From a virus, in the IMG/VR virus record IMGVR_UViG_3300042868_004707, positions 32,001 to 96,000 of that record: 64,000 nucleotides of DNA. One strand, written 5' to 3'. Below the pieces are notes generated by a model that searched no databases, had not been told where the DNA came from, and saw only the letters and a list, made by a program, of their open reading frames with translations. Shown here piece by piece: positions 40,320 through 48,529 of this stretch (positions are counted from its first letter, which is position 1; the number at the start of each line of letters is the position of its first letter). A program made the translations under genes and the position numbers.

Positions 40320-42344
40320 TTATCTAAACATTTTATTTTTTGGTGAGTTAAACATTGATCTGCTCTCTGTGAACAGCATATTCTTTTTGTTCTTAGTGAA
40401 CATTGATTTTATTCTTACATCTTCCTCTCCACCTATTTTTCCCATAATTGGATCTAGTTTCATTGCTAAAGCTATTGCAAGCTCTGCAGCAATTATACGG
40501 TCAAAGTTACCTTGTTCATTATATTGGATCATCTCTTCTAATAAGACAGGATCAAATATCTTTGACATACCTTTTATCTCTGATATAATGTTTCCATCTT
40601 CATCTTTCTCTACATGGATAGCTTCTTCTGTATACTTCTTCAATGCTCCATGTAAGAAGTCTCGTATTTTCTCAGAAGATCTATGTATTCCAAAATCTCT
40701 TCTTACAGTGGTGTTTGGAACTATTTCTTTTAACCAATCTGGTTGTCTTTCTAAATAATGTGAGTCTCCTTTAGCTATCATATAGTCTATGAAAGATATT
40801 TCATCATTCTCACATAAAGCTCTAGCATTGTAATACTTAATTAGATATCTAGCTTGTTCTTCCCATGTTTCTTTCTTGTCTGGTCTAGCACAATAGCTGG
40901 CCACAAACATATCTTGATACTTCTCTCCAGAAATAGCATGCATACGTTTGTATATATAGACAGATCCTAATGAACTTGAATATGCAGACTTACCTTGTCT
41001 ATAAGGGTCAATTCCTGCTACATATAATCCATATGGAGGACTATCAACAGGAAACTCATATATCACTACAGGAGCATCTTTCATGTCACTATTCTTAAGA
41101 GGGAAATTTGATATAGGAAGTTTATCTGTAAACTCATGTTTTACTCCTTGACCATCATCATATAGAACAACAGGTGTTCCTGTTCTCTCTTGAGCTAACA
41201 GTCTGGATTTCTGACGTTTAGCTGCTTCAATATCAAATATGTTTGTATCCTCATTTAAGAATATATCATCCACTTCTTGTGGGTAGTACATCTTTTCTTT
41301 TAAATAAGCTAGTCTATCACCAGCTTTCTTTAATCTCTCAAGATTGTCGTTTGTAATTTTGTCTGCTGTTTCTTCATTAGAAACTAACATACTTACATTA
41401 TGTAAATCTGAATTTGCTGGTTGTTCTAAAAAAGCACCTAAAGAAGAAGGCTCTTTAGCTTCCATTCTATATTTATGTGAAATAAATAGTCCATGGATTC
41501 TTTGTTCATCCTTAGCACTATTGTATTCTAAGAAGTTAAAATTGGCCACATCAAACATTAAGCTTTTTGCGTCCATGAAATTCTGCATATCTCCACCTGT
41601 ACCTGTAAGAATAGGGCTACATCCCCAACCAAATGGTGTTGTAAAACCAGGAACAGCTGCTTGAAAACCTCTCAAGAAGTTACCTTTACCTATCTCATCA
41701 ATAATAAGCCTTCTTGGCTTAGTACCTGCAATAGCCTCTTCATTGTTACCACCATCTAAGTTACGAATAAGAATCTGAGAGAACGGTATTCTCTCTCCAG
41801 CTTTTGTCTTGATTCCTAATGTAACTTGGTTTTTCCAATTGTCTTCCACTCTCTGCCATCTCCAGGCTTCTGGTAAGAAGTTAAGTCCTTTGTCAATCTT
41901 ATCTGTGATAAGCTTTATATCGGGAGCATTCAATCCTGCAATAATGTTCTGGGAGTTTTCATCAAATGTAGCTCCAAGACCTATGTAAGAACTCTCAATT
42001 ACTGACTTAGCTAAACGTCTGATTCCTAGAATTACTAGGCCTTTCTTTTCGTTATGTGCTCTATCTATTTCATTTGTTATAATCCACTCATTATCACGTA
42101 GATAAGGATTGGCATATTTTTGTGATATTCTACCACGATCATCTATAACATCCACCTCTGTATTCCAGAAGTTCAAATGCCAATATAAAAAAGGATTGAT
42201 GTACACGCCTCCCATCATACAACCATCCATACATAATTGTTTATGGAAAGCATAAAATGCTTTATATTCATCTGAGTCTTTTTGTGGAACTCTTTTCTGA
42301 TTTATAAACCAGTCTTTGTAATCAATACTTTGTAATCCATTCAT
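40320..42344 (-). CDS. terL: Terminase large subunit
   Basis: Walker A-like GIRRLAKS, Walker B LIIDEIG, coupling motif TGTGG, RNase H-fold AGIDPY...CEN...NFDR. Confidence 0.92.
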   Translation of the reverse strand: MNGLQSIDYKDWFINQKRVPQKDSDEYKAFYAFHKQLCMDGCMMGGVYINPFLYWHLNFWNTEVDVIDDRGRISQKYANPYLRDNEWIITNEIDRAHNEKKGLVILGIRRLAKSVIESSYIGLGATFDENSQNIIAGLNAPDIKLITDKIDKGLNFLPEAWRWQRVEDNWKNQVTLGIKTKAGERIPFSQILIRNLDGGNNEEAIAGTKPRRLIIDEIGKGNFLRGFQAAVPGFTTPFGWGCSPILTGTGGDMQNFMDAKSLMFDVANFNFLEYNSAKDEQRIHGLFISHKYRMEAKEPSSLGAFLEQPANSDLHNVSMLVSNEETADKITNDNLERLKKAGDRLAYLKEKMYYPQEVDDIFLNEDTNIFDIEAAKRQKSRLLAQERTGTPVVLYDDGQGVKHEFTDKLPISNFPLKNSDMKDAPVVIYEFPVDSPPYGLYVAGIDPYRQGKSAYSSSLGSVYIYKRMHAISGEKYQDMFVASYCARPDKKETWEEQARYLIKYYNARALCENDEISFIDYMIAKGDSHYLERQPDWLKEIVPNTTVRRDFGIHRSSEKIRDFLHGALKKYTEEAIHVEKDEDGNIISEIKGMSKIFDPVLLEEMIQYNEQGNFDRIIAAELAIALAMKLDPIMGKIGGEEDVRIKSMFTKNKKNMLFTESRSMFNSPKNKMFR

Positions 42345-42676
42345 TATTTTCTACCTTTTAAGAAATCCTCTGCCATACTTCCTAGTTCAACACCACCTCT
42401 TACAGGCACCACCTTTGCTTCTTCTTTCTCACGTAGTTTCTCAACTTGCTCAAGAAGAGCTAAATAGTTCTTCATTGTCTCTTGTACAAACTTACCCTGT
42501 GCTTCAATAGATGCAATCACCATAGGCATTGCTCCACCAGCTTTGGTTTCTTTCCATTTGATTCTATCCTCTAATGTATGTAAAGGATTTGCATCAACGT
42601 ATTGTTTCCAGCTTGATAACTGTTCCTCAGCCCAATCAAGTTCTGTATTTATGTATGTAGTTTTTTTTATTGCCAT
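42344..42676 (-). CDS. Conserved hypothetical protein upstream of TerL (possible terminase small subunit)
   Basis: Likely start MAIKK; coupled to terL; coiled coil ending VRGG. Confidence 0.5.
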   Translation of the reverse strand: MAIKKTTYINTELDWAEEQLSSWKQYVDANPLHTLEDRIKWKETKAGGAMPMVIASIEAQGKFVQETMKNYLALLEQVEKLREKEEAKVVPVRGGVELGSMAEDFLKGRK

Positions 42677-42689
42677 TATGTAGTTTTTA

Positions 42690-42965
42690 TTAGTCCTCGT
42701 CTTCCTCAAGAAACATTTTTTCTAAATTCATGCCACCTTTTATTATCTTCTTTAAATCATCTTCATCTTCATGTGGATAATCTATGTTAAGCTCTATTTC
42801 ATATTTCTCTAAAGCAAGAAGAAGCTCTTCATCACTTACACCCCAAAGGTCATTATATTCATATAATGCTGTTGAGAGATGTCTTCCCATATTGTATGTT
42901 GGATAGGCCTTTTGTAAACGATTGAGCGTTTTTGTAATTTGGCTATAGTAGTTTGGTTTTGCCAT
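42690..42965 (-). CDS. Hypothetical protein, 91 aa
   Basis: Coupled ORF in operon. Confidence 0.65.
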   Translation of the reverse strand: MAKPNYYSQITKTLNRLQKAYPTYNMGRHLSTALYEYNDLWGVSDEELLLALEKYEIELNIDYPHEDEDDLKKIIKGGMNLEKMFLEEDED

Positions 42966-43240
42966 TATATTAAATCATTTATATCCTCGTCAGAAAGACC
43001 TGATGGTTGGTCATCATCATCATCTTCTTCTGTCCACTCCATAGTTAGTTCTTGTTCTAAAGTTAGACCATCATCTATATCAGATATGTATTCAGGCTTC
43101 ACTGTAATCTTAATTGTATCTCTTGGAACACCATCAACATCTGTGTCTCCTGATATATCAACATAATCAGCTCCACCATCGTAGAGCTCTTGAAGAATTT
43201 GAATAAGCATTTCCAAAGGAATTTTACGTAGTGGATCCAT
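42965..43240 (-). CDS. Acidic hypothetical protein, 91 aa
   Basis: Coupled ORF in operon. Confidence 0.65.
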   Translation of the reverse strand: MDPLRKIPLEMLIQILQELYDGGADYVDISGDTDVDGVPRDTIKITVKPEYISDIDDGLTLEQELTMEWTEEDDDDDQPSGLSDEDINDLI

Positions 43241-43505
43241 TGTCTTCTGGCATTGGTTGTGGAAGCCATTTCTTTAATGGACATTCACAAGTTAAACATT
43301 TAGTCTTTGCAGCTAACGTACATCCACAATTTGTGCAATGTGCATCTAGCCTTAAACTCTTATACTCTTTCTTATTAGAAGAATGTTCTTCACATTCGTT
43401 ACATGTAGCTAATCTTGTAGAACTAACGTGTTCTATGAAAGCTTTTTTTCTTTCTTCAGGAAGAAGATGATTCTTCCATCCCTCGATCATTTGATTCAGA
43501 CTCAT
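43224..43505 (-). CDS. Zn-binding hypothetical protein, 93 aa
   Basis: CNEC...CTNCGC...C...CP.KKW. Confidence 0.7.
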   Translation of the reverse strand: MSLNQMIEGWKNHLLPEERKKAFIEHVSSTRLATCNECEEHSSNKKEYKSLRLDAHCTNCGCTLAAKTKCLTCECPLKKWLPQPMPEDNGSTT

Positions 43506-43845
43506 TGATTTTTGGTTTTAGTGTCTTTATACTAGATTCTAATATTTGTAATTTAAATTCTACAGCATTCTTTTTTGTAGCTGTAATGTTCTCATCTGAA
43601 AGCATTCTTTCATATGCCTTCTTGATAGCTAATAACTTATTATATTGTGCAAGAGCTTTCTTATCATTGAAATAGAATTTTCCAAATCCAGAAATCTCTA
43701 CACTCTTATGTATATTCAAAGCATCATTAGCTGAATCAAATTGATGTACAACAATAGCGTCAATCACCTTCTCTGATATCACCATATTAATGGACATCTT
43801 CTTGATGATCCACTCCTTCATTGACATTGATTGTGGTTTCTCCAT
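43456..43845 (-). CDS. HU/IHF-like DNA-binding protein
   Basis: ALNIHKSVEISGFGKF signature. Confidence 0.65.
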   Translation of the reverse strand: MEKPQSMSMKEWIIKKMSINMVISEKVIDAIVVHQFDSANDALNIHKSVEISGFGKFYFNDKKALAQYNKLLAIKKAYERMLSDENITATKKNAVEFKLQILESSIKTLKPKINESESNDRGMEESSSS

Positions 43846-44191
43846 GTACTAGTTTTATATCTAACATTAAATCTTTCTTAAAATCAATAACAATGACAGG
43901 ATTCACCTTCACCTTTCCATTCTCCTTCACAAATATACCTATCTTCTTCAACTTAGAAATAATGTTATTAATTGTAGGAGATGTTGTATTGTATGTCTTA
44001 CAGAATTCTTCTCTTACATTAGCATATGTAATGTTACCTTTTATAGCTGTAAAAGATATGAGTTGTATTTCTCTTTCTGTTAGATTGAGAGAATTTATAA
44101 CAGATAGAATAGAATAATACTTCATGGCTAATTCCATGTCTGTATTAACATCTTTCTTCAATCTTTGTACTACAATTTTAGCTGTATTCAT
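43787..44191 (-). CDS. Winged-HTH DNA-binding protein
   Basis: LTEREIQL...TSPTINNIISKLKKIGIF. Confidence 0.65.
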   Translation of the reverse strand: MNTAKIVVQRLKKDVNTDMELAMKYYSILSVINSLNLTEREIQLISFTAIKGNITYANVREEFCKTYNTTSPTINNIISKLKKIGIFVKENGKVKVNPVIVIDFKKDLMLDIKLVHGETTINVNEGVDHQEDVH

Positions 44192-44215
44192 AATTTAGTT
44201 TTGTCATTCTATGGA

Positions 44216-44245
44216 CAAAGATAGAAAATAAAAACTTACATTCAA
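44216..44245 (-). promoter_or_regulatory. Canonical Bacteroidota promoter heading the leftward operon
   Basis: TTG-N19-TATCTTTG. Confidence 0.7.
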
Positions 44246-44334
44246 CATATACAGAAGAAATATTTATTCTCCTATGCTATATTATGGAAGAAACATGCTA
44301 TATAGACATACCCACCCACCCAGCCAAAATTAAT

Positions 44335-44946
44335 TTATATTTCAAACATATGCAAGTATTTTTCTTTAATATATTTCATAGAATTTATAACATATTCATT
44401 ATCAGAAGGTTTGTCGTAATATAAATTATTCTTTTTAACATTCAATGAATGTTCCAGTAACTGAAGATTGCTTAATGAACAACTAATTGATATAGGCGTA
44501 TCTTCTTTAAACCATGATAATGGTATACAATGGTCTATATCATATCCTGTAGGAATGATCGGAAACTTATTTTTAAACTCTTCTTTATTATATCCTAGCA
44601 TAATATACACACTAGATACTTTTGATTGATTCAATCTTTTTAAACAGTCTTTAAAAAACATTCTAGATCTTCTAGTAACAGTCATTTTTCTTGGTCTGTT
44701 CTTTTTAACTGCCTGAGAACATTTCTTACATCTACTAGATAAACCACTTTTTCTGGATTTATTTTTTTCAAAATCGTCATAGTGCTTAACTGTATTACAT
44801 TTACAACATTTATATAATTTTGACTCTTCACAAGTTTTACATTTTTGTTGATATAAGTTAAATTCTGATTTAGATTTAACCACATTACACACTACACACG
44901 GTCTTTGTATAGAATATTCTTTTTTTCTTTCTTTTGATATATACAT
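44335..44946 (-). CDS. HNH endonuclease with CxxC repeats
   Basis: DIDHCIPLS...NLQLL...NVKKNN; four CxxC pairs. Confidence 0.8.
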   Translation of the reverse strand: MYISKERKKEYSIQRPCVVCNVVKSKSEFNLYQQKCKTCEESKLYKCCKCNTVKHYDDFEKNKSRKSGLSSRCKKCSQAVKKNRPRKMTVTRRSRMFFKDCLKRLNQSKVSSVYIMLGYNKEEFKNKFPIIPTGYDIDHCIPLSWFKEDTPISISCSLSNLQLLEHSLNVKKNNLYYDKPSDNEYVINSMKYIKEKYLHMFEI

Positions 44947-44969
44947 GATTTTAAGTTTTGTGTACCCGC

Positions 44970-45001
44970 CAAAGGTAGAACATAATTCTTATACTCTCCA
45001 A
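44970..45001 (-). promoter_or_regulatory. Canonical Bacteroidota promoter
   Basis: TTG-N21-TACCTTTG. Confidence 0.65.
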
Positions 45002-45031
45002 ATTTTTTTTCAAAAATTTTTTTCAAAATTT
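44999..45031. repeat. Tandem CAAA(A)TTTT(T)n A/T-tract repeats at the strand switch
   Basis: caaattttttttcaaaaatttttttcaaaattt. Confidence 0.6.
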
Positions 45032-45256
45032 GGAAACCTATTGTGTATGTGGCTGTGGAGACCATTCCAAACTAAAACCCCCCATACAATTTGAGAGGTT
45101 GGGGTATTCCCCCACTAACAAAAGCCTCTCTTATGTTTTAACCTAATGGTTGTGTCTTAATGCTTTGACACGTAATACCACAACAGCCTTAGCAGGCACA
45201 ACACCTGAACAAGTGATTAAACTGTTCTATTTTATTAATCTTTAAATCTTAATCTT

Positions 45257-45487
45257 ATGAAGATAGTTGAGATTGTTAGTCGTGACCCAAATCACGCAAA
45301 CAGATTGTTTGATATTAATGGTGTTGAGTATTCACACCCATTAGGATTAGAAATCTTTGAGTTACCATTCAAAGGTGTTGTTAACACCAAAAGAAATATG
45401 GTAACAGGAATAGTATTGTTCAATGGTTTAGTCGTTGCACAAATGATTAACAATACTATCAACTTTGAGGAATTGGTAATGCTGTAA
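45257..45487 (+). CDS. Hypothetical early protein, 76 aa
   Basis: First rightward ORF, AT-rich leader. Confidence 0.6.
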   Translation: MKIVEIVSRDPNHANRLFDINGVEYSHPLGLEIFELPFKGVVNTKRNMVTGIVLFNGLVVAQMINNTINFEELVML

Positions 45488-45579
45488 CGTGTTACCAATT
45501 CCATCAAAACCTTTTTTATATTCCAACTCAAAACCCTTTATACAAATTAACAATTATTAACAATTAAATTCAAAACAAA

Positions 45580-46065
45580 ATGGAAACATTAGTATTAAAC
45601 AAAGCCTCTGAAAAACCCGTAAGAGGCTCATTACAATCATTTGGTAAAATTGCTCAAATCTTTGGCGAAAATGCTGAACTTGAACCAATCAATTCGAGAA
45701 AAGCATTGGAAGAACAAGCTTGTGCTTTACAATTAATGATTACAGCAGAGAATGGAGATTGGTTGAAAGCAACTTGTTCATCAAACGTAATGAAAGACCT
45801 TTGGTCACAAAAATTAGCTTACACTGATTTAATAACGCTTGATTTGCTTGAAACGTTTGGCGATAAAACTGTTCTTAATCCTGAAACCAATCTTTACGAG
45901 AAAGTAATGGACGATAATGGAGAACCTGTTAAAGAGAAAATCTTTACAATAGGTTATGGCGGAACAGACATTTCAGCATTGAAAATCAAAATTACAGCCG
46001 AAGACCTTGCTAAAGCAGAATCAGCAAAACGTTCTGTTGATTGGAGTAGCTTGATTGCATTGTAA
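45580..46065 (+). CDS. Hypothetical early protein, 161 aa
   Basis: A-rich leader; followed by hairpin at 46073-46094. Confidence 0.75.
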   Translation: METLVLNKASEKPVRGSLQSFGKIAQIFGENAELEPINSRKALEEQACALQLMITAENGDWLKATCSSNVMKDLWSQKLAYTDLITLDLLETFGDKTVLNPETNLYEKVMDDNGEPVKEKIFTIGYGGTDISALKIKITAEDLAKAESAKRSVDWSSLIAL

Positions 46066-46432
46066 TAAACTTTGGGTCTCTTAATTGAGGCCCATTGTTA
46101 TTATCAAACACAACACATATATATAAGGGTGGGAAGAACTCGTTCAGGTGTGGGTTAATAAAAAGAATGTATACTAAATTAACACATATATATACATAAT
46201 GTGTAAAAACAAAACTTTCTACGAGGGAGAAAAAAACTTTTTATGCTGTTTTCATATGTTATTGTAAGTGTATTCTTATAATAATGTATGAAATAGTGTA
46301 AAATGAATATACATGTAGAATATTTTGTAGTGTTTATAGGTGTTAATGTGTTGACGCGGAGACATAAACACATAAACAAAGCACAATCATCAATGACCAA
46401 AATCAATCAACTAACGAAATATATATAGCATT

Positions 46433-46852
46433 ATGAAACAATTAAGTATAAAACACATAGCTCCTTATCTACCTTATTCATTAAATGGTATAGCAGAGGG
46501 TAAAGATTCTCCTGATACACTATTAGGTATATATGGTAGTGATGGACATACATTGATTCTTTGTCATAGAGTTAATGATCACAACACTGTTGATTATAAT
46601 TGTTGGCTTGACGAGTTTAAGCCTATTCTTAGACCATTAAAAGAAATACAAGACATTCCTGAGATACAAGAAGAGTTTTCTGAATATCATTGGGAATCAT
46701 TTGTTAATAGCTTTTTCTTATTAGGTAGATCATTGAATTGCTTTGATCATGTTAGTTACACTATTGTAGAACTATGTTTCAAATATCATTTAGATATATT
46801 TGGACTAATTGATAAAGGATTAGCTATTGATGCAAATACTATACAGCAATAA
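46433..46852 (+). CDS. Hypothetical phage protein, 139 aa
   Basis: LPY...KPILRPL...HLDIFGLIDKGLAID, a motif set I recall from Bacteroidota phage proteins. Confidence 0.75.
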   Translation: MKQLSIKHIAPYLPYSLNGIAEGKDSPDTLLGIYGSDGHTLILCHRVNDHNTVDYNCWLDEFKPILRPLKEIQDIPEIQEEFSEYHWESFVNSFFLLGRSLNCFDHVSYTIVELCFKYHLDIFGLIDKGLAIDANTIQQ

Positions 46853-46854
46853 CA

Positions 46855-46986
46855 ATGAAAGAATACATAGAATCAAAGCTCATTGCCATAGAACAACAAA
46901 TAGTATTAGAGAGATGTTATAACAAACTTCAGTCTCTTATTGAAGATAGATCTGTTATTGTTTATCTCTTATCTTTTTATATATAG
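46855..46986 (+). CDS. 43-aa protein, paralogue A
   Basis: MKEYIESKLIAIEQQIVLERCYNKLQSLIEDRSVIVYLLSFYI (hand-translated). Confidence 0.7.
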   Translation: MKEYIESKLIAIEQQIVLERCYNKLQSLIEDRSVIVYLLSFYI

Positions 46987-47024
46987 AATATTAATTGGCT
47001 CTTCAACCGCAAATCCTTAATAAC

Positions 47025-47240
47025 ATGAAAATATACACAGCACATTGGAAGCATTATACAGATGATTATTATGCTCCATATAATAGAAAAATGTTCACAA
47101 CACGAGAATTAGCTAATACATTTTTAGATGATATTATCAACTACGATGGTATAGAGAGATATTATATTCTTGAAGAAACTGTTCTTGAAGAATATTCTCC
47201 TATAGAATATGAATTAGAATGTCTTAGTGATATATTATAA
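47025..47240 (+). CDS. Hypothetical protein
   Basis: ATG directly after TCCTTAATAA motif. Confidence 0.65.
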   Translation: MKIYTAHWKHYTDDYYAPYNRKMFTTRELANTFLDDIINYDGIERYYILEETVLEEYSPIEYELECLSDIL

Positions 47241-47274
47241 TGAGCTCTTTCACAGCTAATTTCAAATACACACA

Positions 47275-47406
47275 ATGAAAGAACATATAGAACAACAACT
47301 AAAGAACGTAGAAGAACAAATAATCAAAGAATCTTCTTATAATAGAATACAATGTCTATTAGATGATAGGAATGTTATTCTCTATCTCTTATCTTTCTTT
47401 ATATAA
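47275..47406 (+). CDS. 43-aa protein, paralogue B
   Basis: MKEHIEQQLKNVEEQIIKESSYNRIQCLLDDRNVILYLLSFFI (hand-translated). Confidence 0.7.
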   Translation: MKEHIEQQLKNVEEQIIKESSYNRIQCLLDDRNVILYLLSFFI

Positions 47407-47414
47407 CAAATATT

Positions 47415-47621
47415 AAATCACTTGCTTGAAGATAAACAATGATATATTCCCAGAAACAGGATGTAGATGAAACCAGCATCATATATTATAAACTGTACTA
47501 GCAGTTGTGTTTATTGTAGAGATGTTTATATCCCAATGGCACATAGTGTATTGATGCGATGAGTTAGCTTACTTATTAGCAGATAGTATAAATATTCCAC
47601 TAGAATTTGGACAAGTGATTT
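47415..47621 (+). ncRNA. Candidate structured RNA, about 207 nt
   Basis: Closing stem AAATCACTTG/CAAGTGATTT followed by a T run; internal hairpins; no ORF in the track. Confidence 0.4.
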
Positions 47622-47664
47622 TTTTTATATTAACAGGCTCTTCAGCCACAATTCCTTAATAACA

Positions 47665-48030
47665 ATGAAACAAGAACATCCAATATTTAAAGCTATTGTA
47701 ATGGTTGAAGATCAATCAGATTGTGATAGAGCTAGAGAAATATGTGAGAAATATGAACTTCCTGTGTGGAAAGATGTATCTCTTGCATTTGATTATGTAG
47801 ATTATGAAGATGATCCAACATATTTACAATATCAATCAAAAGAAGATGCTACTGATGAAGATCACATTGGTTTCTTTGTAGATAATTTTAATGGGAAAGA
47901 TATTGATGATTATAACATTGTCACAATGGAAGAGTTTGAAGCATTGTGTGATGATTACAATCCACAATACAAGAATATGGAAGACATACTGTCTAAAATG
48001 AAAGAATTAAATAATCTCCTTAATAGTTAA
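47665..48030 (+). CDS. Acidic hypothetical protein, 121 aa
   Basis: ORF after TCCTTAATAA motif. Confidence 0.7.
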   Translation: MKQEHPIFKAIVMVEDQSDCDRAREICEKYELPVWKDVSLAFDYVDYEDDPTYLQYQSKEDATDEDHIGFFVDNFNGKDIDDYNIVTMEEFEALCDDYNPQYKNMEDILSKMKELNNLLNS

Positions 48031-48129
48031 ACAACATAGAATACACATACAATGTTCTTTTCATTGTCTATTAAACAACAACACAACAATGTTTTTGTAT
48101 GTGTATTTCTATTAAAACAATCAAACATT

Positions 48130-48336
48130 ATGAAAAAAATTGTATTTGTACTACTAATATCAATAATATGTTATGGTATTGGATTTTATGCAGGAATATC
48201 TTTTCCTTTACAAGATGAAGAGTATCAATTTGTAGTGACAGATGATTCTGTATCAGTGACAGATTATGATAGACATGTAGGAACCATCAAACTTGATGGT
48301 GAGTTAGAAAAACTAATCAATAACGATAATAAATAA
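48130..48336 (+). CDS. Membrane-anchored hypothetical protein
   Basis: MKKIVFVLLISIICYGIG N-terminal hydrophobic helix. Confidence 0.65.
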   Translation: MKKIVFVLLISIICYGIGFYAGISFPLQDEEYQFVVTDDSVSVTDYDRHVGTIKLDGELEKLINNDNK

Positions 48337-48340
48337 AATT

Positions 48341-48529
48341 ATGAAAAATTTGAAATTCTATTTCTCTATTATGTTTATATTAATAGCAATGGTTTGTTCC
48401 ATTAGCCTTAATATGACATATATGGAGGAACCAGCGCAAAACATGTATAAATTCATTCTTGCTGTTTCTACATTGTTGTCTACAATATTATGGATCAATT
48501 ATATGATAGAAAAACATGAGCAAGTATAG
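48341..48529 (+). CDS. Two-TM small membrane protein
   Basis: Two hydrophobic segments. Confidence 0.65.
   Translation: MKNLKFYFSIMFILIAMVCSISLNMTYMEEPAQNMYKFILAVSTLLSTILWINYMIEKHEQV

Noticed and set aside
2903-44885. Many plus-strand ORFs in the track across the late block
   Set aside because: Antisense shadows of long minus-strand genes, with low-complexity S/L/F-rich translations
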